DNA of 64,000 bases from Setoptus koraiensis (Eukaryota; Animalia; Arthropoda). The stretch spans positions 16,988,001-17,052,000 of the forward strand of contig CM106585.1 in NCBI GenBank assembly GCA_048013815.1, written 5' to 3'. The position numbers were made by a program, and so were the translations under genes. Under the pieces are notes generated by a model, which ran no database searches, was not told the DNA's origin, and was given only the letters and a program-made list of their open reading frames with translations. Positions within the stretch are counted from its first letter, which is position 1. Every line of letters starts with the position of its first letter. Below are positions 22,964 to 36,012 of the stretch, piece after piece.

Positions 22964-25393
22964 TTAGGTTAATTGTGAATTGTTTGATAGCGATGGACGT
23001 TGTGGCTTTTTGGTCAGCATACGCTTAAATCTCAGTCTAATTTTAGGATGCGAGATACCATAGACAAAAACATCAAAAGCTGGCCCCATTTTTGTCAAAC
23101 AAGAAGCTATCACTATTGCCACGGGCGACAGCCAAAAATCTTCTATTAGGTTATTTAATATGGCTATCAATGCTATAGGTGTCCATGATATTATCCACAA
23201 TAGTATCAAATAGAAGGACATTTTAGCCAATCTATATTCAACTAGTTTTCTCTTGTGAATTACCTTTCCCATTTTGTTTGTTGAGAATGTTTTACTATTT
23301 GATTTAGCAGAACGACTCGAGCAATCACCACTATTGTTGCTACCTGAATATTTCAAATTGAAACTGTCCAGGCTAGATTGATTCGAAATAGCTGGCCTGA
23401 TATGCTGATGTAGATGCTTTGGTAGATGTTGCAACACTTTGTTGGACTCTCCGATTCGTGTCGACGTGACTCTGCTTCTGTTAAACAATGGCATACAATA
23501 CGAAGATAATTGATCGTCTTCCTCGAGATCATCATCGGATTGCCTTGTACTCAAAGCCACTGATGCTTTTCTATTGCCATTATTGGTAGCAGTGGTGGTG
23601 GCAATGAAGCTGGCAGCGCTAGTTCCGGCTTCCAAATTGTCTCCATTCGGCTCACAAACATCCAAATTACCTTGCTGCTGTTTGTCATCAGTTGGCCCAG
23701 CCAGGGACACGTTGCTCGAGCTGCCAATTATCGCTACTGGTTTGGGTGCCAAAGATTGCAAGCCATCAAGAGGCCGACGAATAAAACCTAGCTCTGTACT
23801 TACGCTTACTATGGTTTTGGAAATATGATGTGTATCGGTTTCGTTCAACTCATTGAGTTCGAGTTCATGCTGTCTCAAATTGAGCTGTTGGATACTCACA
23901 GGCATCGAGGATAAACTACGACGTCGATGAAAATGATGATGATTGTTTCTGTTGATTGCCGATTGCAGTTTGCAGTGCTGAAATTGTTGTTGGTGGTGAT
24001 GTTGGTGGGGCGATGACAATTGATAGCCACCAATCAATGGGGAGTTCACAAAGAATCTTTTTCGCTCGCTTGGTTGACGAATTAGTTTCATCGAGTTAGT
24101 GGTGGCCACCAACGACACCTGTCTGATTGTTTTTAGTCGTCCCGAATGGGAACGGTCAACATCAACTACTGTCTGGACAGTTTGTTTTTGCGTTTCCTCC
24201 ATTGTTTGTTCCGTTGGAATTTGAAAGATTTTTGTTGGCGTGTGATCATGTGAATTCTGGGCCTCGCTCAATTCTTTTCTAGAGCGTCTAACGGCAATTA
24301 TTATCAGCGTGTACGATATGATCATCGTTACTGCCGGCAGCAGCCATACCAGCACGAAGAAAACAGAAATGTACGTCTTGTATTCTTTTCTGCGAGTCAG
24401 ATAATCAACTGCCAGTCAACAGGATGGTAACAGATGGAACGGACACAAAAAATGAGATTGAAAGTTGGTTACAATATAAATATAATATGGTTATAATGTG
24501 ATGGATTGAATATGCTCGATGAACTAAATTCAGCTACTCACGCGTGCAAGTGGTTGAAGATGGGTCCATTACGTAACGGTTGACTCCAGAGAATAGTGGA
24601 GGTATGCACAATGCAAAAGCGTATAACCAAATGAGTGCTATTACCACTAGAGCGACATTCATGCTGAATTTTTTTCTGCCGCTTATCGGATATAAGATTA
24701 CGTAGCAGCGTTCAACTGACATGGCTGCAATGGTCATTATGGACACGATGGCGGTTGCCACGGACAAGAAACCCAATACCTGACAGCCTATTTAAGCGGG
24801 AGAGAATTCCAGCATATAATTCAGCAATAAGCAATTAGTATATTTGTCTAAATAACAAAACTAGAGATTTGTAAACAGTTGGTGTCATTCCGTTGGGGTT
24901 GCAACGATCAAATCGGATTTTATTTCCATTCGACTTACCTATCTCCTCGTTGAATGCCCTGTCTTTAAACAGACAGTTGTGTATCACGATGGGCATCTGG
25001 ATACAGTATACCAGATCGCTAACGGATAAATTCATAACCAAGATACTTGATGGAGTACGCAAGTTAGGAGTTCTGACGGTGTCGTAAAATGTAAATGGCA
25101 TGCAAAGTTAGTTAGATTGCTTGTATGTTACTATATTGGCTAATGGAGAAGTACTGCTGTACTCACCTGGAGAATATCGATATGATCATTATGTTAGATA
25201 TTAGGGACACTAAGAGACCCCCAAAAGAGGCTAACGCCAAAACTGCGTACCACAATATGTCTATTTTAACTATTGTCGGCTTATCGTGATCAACAGTTTC
25301 ATTGCGACAACAAGCGCCGCAATCTATGCCTGAGAAGTTGGTAGTGATATTCCTGTAAGAATCTTCCAATATCATCTTTGAACACTCAAACAT
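22964..25393 (-). CDS. Rhabdomeric-type opsin (Rh7/UV/arthropsin-like) with very long ICL3
   Basis: Exons 25393-25167, 25072-24939, 24787-24542, 24408-22964 (frame-consistent GT-AG). Seven TMs, LRTP-SSILVMNL in TM2, TM3 Cys plus ERC, EL2 TTCTLDYL, TM7 Lys (CLTKMG) and r-opsin HPK motif. Confidence 0.9.
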
Positions 25394-25792
25394 TGACTAT
25401 TTATTTTTATATTTCGCTGTAAACGGTCATTTATGAAGAATGATCCGATTGGTTCGCGATCATCATTTAATAAATTAAGTAGATAATAACTTGGATAGTT
25501 GCGAAACTCATATCTGATCGCAGCCAACTTTCGGAAAGTGACCGTTCGTTTATCGAGGAGACCTGGATGATCGCTACACCAACATTTCATAGTGTGCATA
25601 TTCGATTGTTTGATCAGTGAGTCGATCTCACACCATGGTGCGCCGTCTCCGTACCTCTCTCTCTCCATGGCCCCAGCAGGAGCCCCTTATGTCGTTCCTG
25701 GATATGCCCAAGCCTCTTGAGCACTTGAACCTGGACTAACACATCCCGTGGATAACAGCTACCGCTGGAAGGAACATGTTAGAATAGCGAGG

Positions 25793-25815
25793 GAGAGAGA
25801 GAGAGAGAGAGAGAG
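25793..25815. repeat. (GA)n microsatellite between the divergent opsin and MAM/LDLa genes
   Basis: About 11 GA units read directly. Confidence 0.9.
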
Positions 25816-26304
25816 CAACTGCTCCAATATCTAATAATAATCAACCAACGGTGTCATTTTTTACCAGGACAATGAGAACAGAACTAATCAGTCCGAAAAC
25901 TCGACCTTCGCACTTTTGTTTCAGGTGAGGCGAGCTCTGCAAAGGAATGTTGTTTACAATTGCCAAAAAAACTTGATGCAAACTTATAGTAAATTGCACA
26001 TGTTGCTATCATAAAGTGAGATATTTATCTACGTTGGGATTCCAGTGAACAAAATTAACAGGTGATGTTCATTGATGCCATGATGCGATTGCAGAACGCC
26101 TGAATATCAAGCCTGATCATTAGTTTGATAACGTGAAGGTTGGCATAGCATTTGTTTTCTTTTAGTCATTGTCAATTTTATCTTACTACTGTCGAGTATC
26201 ATTGCCATGAACTGCCTAAATACAACAGATTTCGCACTTTTTCTTGTTTGTTTGCATCGAAGACAAATAGGCAGAGGCCACCCATTCAGATTGTACTATA
26301 AAAT

Positions 26305-29300
26305 ATGGTCGGAATTCTCCACACAATAGTGGGTTACATTTGGTTCAACATACTAATACTATGGTGTCTAGTATCTGTTCATGGAAATAGCGGTGTCATT
26401 AATTGCAGTGATATCGACTTTGTTCCAAACAACATATCGAAAGCCAACAATGAAGCCAATCAATTGGAAGATAAATTTATCTGCTCAAAAAATTTTCAAG
26501 TTCTTGGGTTCAGCACGACAGATCCCAGAAAACATATTGAGTTTATTGAAATGCCAACGAAGAAGCTTTGCGATTGCTTTTTAATATCAGTTGGGATTAA
26601 CAATATCAGTGAGAGGACTAAAGATTTGTTCTGTCAACAGTTCACAAAATTAATCGTGGAACTGTGTTCGGATCACCATGGGATTGCAGAATCTGATCTG
26701 GCCAACTTTACAAATATTTGCATTTCTCCCATTTGCACCTCTATGAACAATTCATCAGTTAATGCAGAAATTTGTGACAGCATTGCAGAGAAATTTGATC
26801 TGGCAAGCAAACGCGGCAACAACAATTCAACGAGCATAGAGAGCTATTATGATGCGATAATTATCAGAGTACAGGAAATTGGTCAACTAGAAACACCAGT
26901 AGCAATATTGAAATTATTCCATCGATCAGGTTTTGACTTCAATGTGAGCCCCTACAGAGCCATCGGAGAATGCAAGATTAAATGCTATAAGATCAATATT
27001 GATACAGCTGAAGCTACCAAACAGCCCAAACCCATAAGTTATTATATAAATAATCTGACTACTGATGTTTCTCCGAGGAACAAATCTGCCAACAGAAGCG
27101 ATAAAAACGTCGACTGTATTCACACCACACCGAGTGATCATGACTACCTACATGTTGTTTCGATAGAATTTGCAACAGCTAAGCAACTAATTAATTATTT
27201 GCGAGCTAATATTGAAGTGTTTAAGCAGTATTGTGTGACAAATTTGGTCGAGAAAGAAGCGAATTTATTACGAACTTGGCCCGAAAATGCTGACACAGGT
27301 GATGAAATTAATCGGAAATCACTCATATATCATCGTAACAGGCCCTCACTGAAAGAGGCAGAAAGATCAATTCTTTATTCTTTTCCAAATAAACAGCCTA
27401 AAAATGTGACAATGGGGACAGAAAATTCGCAGTTGTCGAAACGAGTCTCTATACGATCAGTGGGATCCGGTGTATGCGATGAAAGAACTGAATTTTATTG
27501 TCTTTTAGACGATTCTTGCATAACTAAGCAAGCCATCTGTGATTTCACTGAACAATGTTCGGACGGGTCTGACGAAAGAGGTTGCACTGAGGCCCAATGC
27601 GACTTTGAAAACGATCTCTGCAACTGGATCATTTGGCCCATCAGGCCCCACATAAAAGATTTCTCTTGGCGACGTCTCAGGGCAAATCAAGAAGGTGAGC
27701 CTCCTGGACTAGCATCCGTAGGAGCCAATCGTCAATTATGGCAAGCGGTTCGGGCAAAAAGAACGTTTTCAGGTCATCATTTTATGATGATTGAGTCAAC
27801 GTTTAATGCCAAGCCCCAAGGCACAACTGAGGTTGATCAGGCTACCATAACTACACAGCTGAGCACAACAATTTTGGCTAGAACATCTAGTGATTGTTCG
27901 TTAGAATTTAGATACTATTGCAGATTCATTGAACGCTGCAATTTTTGGCTCTCGAAACAGGATAATATTCAGCAGCAGAGTGACTCAGAAATGGACGAAG
28001 CCTCCATAGTGCAGCAGATGATATGGAATCCGACTCACAGTTCAATGATGTTCGCTGATGAGCCAATTGAATCGAGCGCAAATAGTGACAGATTATACTG
28101 GAGGCATGCCAAAGTTCACCTAGGTCGGCTGCAATATTCCAGATTGACGTTCGTGAGCTCCCTGACGATTGTATCTGCTCATCCAGACGTAGACACGGGT
28201 AACAATGTATTTTTTGTTGCATTGGACGACGTCAAATTCATCAATTGCCACTGGCCTCTGATCGAGAAGCCGCAGACCAATTCTTTGAGTCCGAATAGCT
28301 CCCATATCGGTCAATTTCAATGCTCAAATAAACATTTGATCGATTGGTCGAAAGTCTGCGATTTTGTCGACGATTGTCTAAATAGTGATACTATTGTCAC
28401 AAACTCTAATGAAAACTTCAAAATTCATGGCACATTGGATGACAGTGATGATGAAAATAGCCAACTATGTTCAAATGTGCCAGGCAGAGAGGATTTTGAA
28501 AATTTCAAAAGAGATAGCTCTTTTTGGGTCATTGCGTCAGACCCTGAGGATAATCAAGCCGAAGTAGTGAACAATCTACAGGGTGACAGGTCCTTGCCAA
28601 GGCTAGATCATACCCTTGGCACACAACAAGGTCATTATTTGAGCATTAGATTTGATCAGAGTATTTCTTGGAGAAAAACTGCCACGAGCAATGTTAGATT
28701 TCGGAAGGTAACCATCAGATCGCCTTGGTTGGAATCGTCAGCAAATGATTCGGCCTGTTTTGTCAAGTTCTTTTACAACATATTGAGTACCAACACAAAT
28801 TTAAATTGTTTTATAATGATAGAGCACATAATCGAGGTTAAAGACAAGCAACATGTCGTCAGAAGTTTAGATGGCTTGATAAGTAAAAATCGCCATTCGC
28901 AAATAGATTATTGGACGAGAGCAAATTTCAAGATATTAAATACATTCAATAGTGAATCAGCAAGATATTGCATAAGATTGACCGTGGGCGCTTACGAATA
29001 TCACAACGACAAACAACCTCTACGCGTGACAATCAATATCGACGATCTCACCACTCATGCTGGTTGCCGTTTGTATAAAGGTGAGATAAATCAAATATTT
29101 CACGACGAAGAATCTGGAAAAAGTTGCGAGGAGCTTGGATTGTTCTCTTGTCAAAATCAAGCACGTTGCTACGGCGAACAAGATATATGTGATTTCACTG
29201 ATGGATGTGGCGATTTAACGGATGAAAGGTCGTGTCCAGCCAAATGTGACTTCGAAAGTGGCGACAATTTGTGTGGCTGGTCAGACATGCCAAACGACGG

Positions 29301-31182
29301 CTTAAATGGCACAAATAATGAAAAAGATAGCTCTAGTTTCGTCATAGTCAGGGCGTTAGACAACAGGTTTTTCGGGCCAGACAGTGACCATTCTTTGGGT
29401 CATTTCGGTCACTATGTGACATTAGGTAGCAGCACGATAGCAGGCGAGGCAAGATTTATTTCTTCCAAATATCAACGGTCCTCGAGTGGGTGCCATTTCA
29501 GATTATGGTACAATTTCCACAGGTTGCCGATGGGCTTGGATGTTGCTGTTAGATCAAGCTCGAGCAAGGACAGAATTGAGCTGATTTGGAGCAATTATAA
29601 GCAAGTTGTCGGAGATGAACAGCAGATGGACAACGCGAAGAATATTTCATCAATGGAATTCTTTCATAATTTGAACGAAAAAATGTCCTTACTCAATCAA
29701 TGGTTACCTGCCACAGGTAAAATAGGATTACAGTTGTCACCATTTGAGGTTATAATATCTGTGCGATCGCTACACTTCGTCAATACTAAACAATTATCAA
29801 TAATCGACACAATAGTGGGGAATGTTAGTTTAGATGATTTTGAATTTTACGATTGTGCCTCGAGTGATTCTGGGAAATGCAAAAAGTACGAATTTGCTTG
29901 CTCGCACGACGATATTTGCGTGAAAGATTTGTTTAGATGTGACGGAAAATTTGATTGCGGAGACGGAAGCGATGAATATGGCTGCCAAAACTACATGCCG
30001 AACCCAATAAATTATGCTAATTATGCCGATTGTGATTTCAATGATGAACATTTGTGCAATTGGCTCAATGTAGATGGCATCCAATCTCTCGGCAATAATA
30101 GATTCAAGTACCTGTTTAATAGTAGAAAATGGCAACATTTCCATCAGGTATCGCCGAATAAAATCACTGGACCTCAGACGATGTTTGATAGAGAATTCTC
30201 TCGGTTAGCTCTTACTAAAGACAGTTATCTGGGGCTCACTTGTGACGGAAATAATTATGATAGAGCCATACTGAGGAGTCCGCCCTTCAAGGCACCTTCC
30301 AACCAAACAAACAGATGCTCGCTATCCCTTTTCACCTACCTATTTGGCCGAAGCGTGGGTAGTTTGAGGGTAAGTTGACCAGCTCTAGAATGATTCTGTT
30401 TTTTTTTTCAATTCTTTAATCTGAACCTGTATCCTCCCAAAAATGTGTTGCAGATATTTGCGGTCGATCTAGATGGCAAGGAGTACGAATTGATTGAGAT
30501 GATTGGTGATCAAGGGTCGATTTGGAAACAATCAGCCATTGATTTGCCGCCAATCAATTCGGACTATTATATCTTCATCGAGGGCCGATGTGATCTGGGC
30601 CAAGAATCTGTCCTGGCTATAGATATGATTCACATGTTGCCTGATTGTTCTATAAATTCAATCAATGAAACTCAATGCGATCATCTAAAACAATTTCAAT
30701 GCCTTACAACCAGACACTGTATCCCATTGAGATTTGTTTGCGACGGATTTGTTGATTGTTCGGAAGATGGAAGCGACGAAAAAGACTGCTCAGCAAAGCA
30801 GTTCAACAACAACAAAACCGCAAGAGATATTCTGGTTGTCAAACAAGATGATGGAGATTCCATGAATAGTCAGCAACAAAAACAGCACAGCTACCTCAGT
30901 ATATTGTCGGTTTTGTTTGGTTTGTTATTAATAACATGCGGCATGTCGATAGCTGGTTTCATAGTGATACCTTCAATTTATGAATGGTTGTCATTGCATT
31001 ACATGATGAGCAGTCGGGATAATAGTGTGGATAGCTGCGTGATTGATTGTAACAATGAGGATTTACTGTCGTCGTCGTCATCAGTGTTTAATAATCAATT
31101 GTATGGCAAACAACAAGATGACAACAACAACAATATCATTGGTGACAGCATGATTATGAACGAGCTTACACATGACAATTGA
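26305..31182 (+). CDS. Type I membrane protein with alternating LDL-receptor class A and MAM domains (MALRD-like), ~1597 aa
   Basis: Exons 26305-30369 and 30454-31182 (phase 0). Signal peptide, LDLa repeats (C..F.C....CI....CD...C.DGSDE), MAM starts (CDFENDLCNW, CDFESGDNLCGW, CDFNDEHLCNW), one C-terminal TM. Confidence 0.85.
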
Positions 31183-31826
31183 GTGATACAAAAGTAAATT
31201 TTGGACAAGGCCTGATAATGGATAGGCATGAAGCGAAAAAGAATTGCACCATGGCATAGTACAGCGATGAAACCAAATACTGCTACTTAGAATCGCTAAT
31301 CAATGTACAAGTGGTGATTGCTTGCATGAGCGTCGACACTCCCATGAATATCTATGACAGGTGAATTGTATCGTGCCCTCTCTAATTGTCATTGTGTCAT
31401 CGGTTGTTGTCGCTTTAATTGTGATTGGAGGGAGAACCGCTCACAATCAGGCAAGACTAAGTTGCATCAGGTAGAATCAGTAGCAACTGGTTAACAGATC
31501 AGACAAGTCAACAATGAAAAAAAAAACAGTATCAATAAATCGTATCCAATAGCTAGTGCAATGATATTGAAATAGGGATAAAATTGCGAGCTGCAGTCTG
31601 GAATTCACAGCGATAAATACAGGTCTCTTTGTGAGAGAGGGTTACACTTGTGCTCCAGAATCACAAATGTTGTTGATGTTGCAGCAAAACATATATCATT
31701 AGCGATGACGATACTATTGACGCGGCAGGTGATCTGTCGGTTTGTCTGTCCCGCAGCCGATCTGTTGTAACAATGTGACATTTGCATATAGTACTCTCCC
31801 AACTAAGATTGTTAGCTAAATGAATT

Positions 31827-32810
31827 ATGGCCAAGACATTTAGTTGCTGTGGATTAATAATTCCAGCAATTAAATTCTTCCCAGTAGCATTGACATGTTT
31901 ACTATTTATCTGGGGCTGGTATGCGTACATTTGTATTGTGGTCCTACCTGATTTCATCAACTTTTCCCTCCCGCACTTCGTCTGCTTAACGGTTTTGCAA
32001 ATTTTGTATGTGCTGGCATTTTGGTCTTATTTGCAGACAGCATTTACACCGGCCGCTATTATACCCTCAAAATTTCACCTAACTACTGAAGCTAAAGATC
32101 AATTGATTAATTCAAAAATGCAACAGCAAGATGAAATATTAGCCAATGTAGCAAAGAGCCGTGATTTACCTGTGGCCTGTAGAGCACACTCGGGTGGTAT
32201 ACGTTATTGTGAAAAATGTAATCTGATCAAACCGGATAGGGCCCATCACTGTTCGACATGCAAAATGTGTGTTCTTAAATTAGATCATCATTGTCCATGG
32301 GTCAACAATTGTATATCATTCACAAATTATAAATGTTTCGTACTGTTCCTTGGTTACACATTTGCATTATGCCTGTTCAGTGGCGCTACAACACTACCAT
32401 ATTTTATACGATTTATACGAAATATCAACAGCAACGACAATTTCAGTGAAAACGTCAGCAACATGCAACTGACATTTATAACGGTGATTTCAGGGAAATA
32501 TAATATATTGTTCCTATTCTCAATACCTACGCTGTTATCAATTGGCCCAGGGTTTTTGTTCCTCTATCACATACACTTATTGTTGAAAAATAGATCTACC
32601 CTGGAAACGTTTGCTCCACCATTAATGCAATACGGGCCTGACAACAATGCTTTCAATCTGGGCAAATACGAAAATTTTGTTCAAATATTTGGTACTAACA
32701 AACTATTATGGTTCATTCCTGTGCGAACTGAATTGGGCGACGGATTGAGTTTCAAGCAACGAAAACGACTAGAATCAGGCGATGAAGAGCTTGCGGCATT
32801 CAAAAGATGA
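31827..32810 (+). CDS. DHHC palmitoyltransferase, ZDHHC2/15/20 group
   Basis: Intronless. RYCEKC...[30 protein letters not shown] (TTxE) and [11 protein letters not shown] (PaCCT) motifs, four TMs. Confidence 0.95.
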   Translation: MAKTFSCCGLIIPAIKFFPVALTCLLFIWGWYAYICIVVLPDFINFSLPHFVCLTVLQILYVLAFWSYLQTAFTPAAIIPSKFHLTTEAKDQLINSKMQQQDEILANVAKSRDLPVACRAHSGGIRYCEKCNLIKPDRAHHCSTCKMCVLKLDHHCPWVNNCISFTNYKCFVLFLGYTFALCLFSGATTLPYFIRFIRNINSNDNFSENVSNMQLTFITVISGKYNILFLFSIPTLLSIGPGFLFLYHIHLLLKNRSTLETFAPPLMQYGPDNNAFNLGKYENFVQIFGTNKLLWFIPVRTELGDGLSFKQRKRLESGDEELAAFKR

Positions 32811-33842
32811 TACATTTCAAATCAATACTCGCAAATCGCTGATGTATAAAAGTTGGTTTACTATGACGCCACACCAATGAATATCCATGACAGGTGAATT
32901 GCAGTAGATATGTGTGCTTCTGATGTAAACCAACGATGATTGTAATCCAATCGTTGGTTGCTGCCGCCTGAATTGTAATTAGACGAAGAATTACCCATGC
33001 ACAAACACACACACACAAAGACTAAACTTGCTAGCAGATCAGACAAGTTGACAATAAACAGAACAATATCAATTAATAACTTGTTGTTGCTACTCTGACA
33101 GTTGTCAGTTTGCATCAACAGACTAAACAAGCTGCATTCTAATATCTACAACGACAAATACAGGTCTTCCTGAGATAGGGTTACTCAAGCATTACAAACT
33201 TCGTCGTCGTCGTCGTCGTCGTCGTTGTTGTTGTTGTTGTTGCTGCTGCCGCCGACGAATATACATCACTGGCGACGACGAAGGGAAATGATTCCCTCGA
33301 TCAATTTATATCAGTTAGCTAATACTAAGCAACAACAGCAACTTCTCATGAGAATGTCTCCCCCTCTCGTACCTGTGAAATGCCTATAATTCCAGGTAAC
33401 TTTGAGCAAGCAACGTGGGAGAACAGCATATATAACGTCGTTAGAGCGAGATAGATGAAATTATTGTGTGTACGTCGGGTTCTGTTAGTTAGAAAGGTTC
33501 CAGCCCAAGTTAAACAGGCAAAGTGTTGCTGCCGACAAAGTATCAATTGTCCACAGTGAGTTGTATTTGACCAACTACATTATTAAACTCTGGTGAGATT
33601 GTTTTTTACTCTTCTCTTTCGCCAAAAGTCCATCTCTTTCTGCGACATTTCCGCACGATAATTCCACACCCATCACCCATCGCATCAACATCTATTTGCA
33701 CCCGATTGGCTATTAAAAGGTGCCCAACTTGGCGTGACCTCGACACTAATTGATAGATAAGTCAACAACAAAATAACAAATAATAAATAAAAATAAAAAA
33801 GAACAAGTTAACAACAAAAGTGTTGCATAATAATTGTAATTA

Positions 33843-35502
33843 ATGCAGATCGCAAGTCGCGAGAAACGAGCAAACACAAATTGGGACATGGCAAACTACG
33901 ACGGCGTCGGCAGCGCAAACAGCAACAGTAACGACGTAACAGTCAGCGGTGTTGTCGAAAATAACGTTGACGTAGTTGAAAAAAGCGCAGTTAAACAAGG
34001 CTGCCGTCGCGACTGTTTCACATCATTATCATATTGCGATAACGATATTTATATCGGCAATGGCCAAGATGAATTTTATGGCGAAACAGGACACAATAGC
34101 GCTCTCAATAATAGGATAGAAAATAACAACGAAGCATTTAGAGGAAAAATTTATAATAATCACCAATCAAGACCATTCATAGATATTGGCAGCCGCAAGG
34201 TTTTGATATTTATCGCAAATGCGCTTCTTATTCACTGTATTACTAGTGTTGAGCCTCTTGACAATCTTAATCACTACACTGATTATGTAAGTAGTTACTA
34301 TCACATTCGATCATTACATTGATCAATTAATGTGAAATAAAATGAGGCTTCCCTTCACCCCCCAGCAAACAGCTGATTTCACGCGATCGAGGATATGCAT
34401 GTGAACTCGTATTTATATGAATCCCAACTCACGGCTCATTACAACTATGACTATCTCTCTCATTCAATAATATCCGATTAATCTAACCATCTTATAGCCC
34501 AATTTCTTTAACCTGATGAAACAACACATTCGACAATTTAGATACAATGGAAACAACAACGGTAACTGGACTGACGAATCTGAGAGTAAGATGGTCCCGA
34601 TATTCAACCAATATGTTGCTGGAGGCGAGAAGGTGACTCGATTAAAGAATCACATCAACAATATACTTGTGCCTAGAGTTTCGGGCACTCAAGGAAACCT
34701 TGATGTCAGGAATTATATTGTTCAACAGTTGAACCAATTGGGATACAATGTCTATTTGGACCAATTCAGGGATAGAACACCATTGGGAGAAGTAGCATTT
34801 GGCAATGTAATTGCTGAATCCAATCCTAAAGCCTGCAAGCAACTTGTACTGGCCTGCCATTATGATTCCAAGAAATTGGACGGTTTCTTGGGAGCCACTG
34901 ATTCGGCTGTGCCATGTGCAATTTTATTAGAGATAGCGCGCACCATCAAAGATCATAACCTCGTCAATCCTAGCAACTCTCTATTGACTCACGGTGTAAG
35001 ATTTATATTCTTTGATGGTGAGGAGGCGTTTGTCGAGTGGACCGATACTGATTCTCTTTATGGATCCAGGCATCTTGCCGACAAATGGAGCAAACAAGCT
35101 ATGCCCAGAGAGTGTGGCGTTGGGAACGAATTGAAAAGAATCAGCCTGTTTGTTTTGTTAGATTTAATTGGGGCCAGAGATACTAGAATTCCACGTTATT
35201 TCGAAACAGAGTCCTACTACAAGCTCATGACGTTAGAGAGGCAATATCTGACTGAGTATAGAGAATCGAAACGTGATGTAATATTCAACGGATATTATGA
35301 TGTAATAAATCGTGGGGCTCAAGACGATCATGTACCATTCCTTAGACGACACGTGCCAATATTGCTATTGTTGTCTCACCCGTTTCCTTCCGTTTGGCAC
35401 ACTGCCGACGACAACCACGAATGTATAGACTACAAGAAAACTGTCAGAACGCTAGCAGTGATGGATAAATTTACGATTGACTATTTGAATCACGGCAAAT
35501 AA
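33843..35502 (+). CDS. QPCT: Glutaminyl-peptide cyclotransferase (M28 family) with N-terminal membrane anchor (isoQC-like)
   Basis: Exons 33843-34286 and 34498-35502 (phase 0). [49 protein letters not shown] motifs. Exact start codon uncertain. Confidence 0.88.
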
Positions 35503-36012
35503 TTAGTTCTATCCCAAAACTAAGGTTGTTTGGGGATAAATAAATCTTAAACAATAAAAAACTATTATACGGAAGCGACTAGAGGGATAAACAAGATACA
35601 ATCCGATTATTTTCAACTTCTGTTCGTTGACTTTTGATTGCGCGCATGTGTAATGGTAGATTTGACATGTGTCTAAACGAAGTTCAATGAGGACAGATCT
35701 AGCTTGATCGGCATGTTGTTGGGATAATTTTTGCATTCATGTAGCCAAAAGCTGAGCTCATCACATTTTGCTCTCTCTCTCTTTCTCTCCCTAACACATG
35801 AAAAACATGCTTAACAAGCTTCATTAACATCGGTTACGTAATTGTACGAATGACTACATTCAAGTAATTAGGGATCAGCATGCCGATGCGAGATTAAAGG
35901 AGAACTTGACTATTTGGTAGTGAGAGACACTAGAGGATTACTATTATGATAGCTAACATGGTAGTTTTTAATTTCGCTGATGCTATACAACACAGCCTGT
36001 GCTCACATGGCT

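Noticed and set aside
25372-25668. ORF containing WCSD, reminiscent of the antizyme frameshift junction
   Set aside because: No TCC-TGA shift site and no antizyme domain downstream.
25750-25760. GGATAACAG resembling a large-subunit rRNA motif
   Set aside because: Only 9 nt match and no flanking rRNA similarity.
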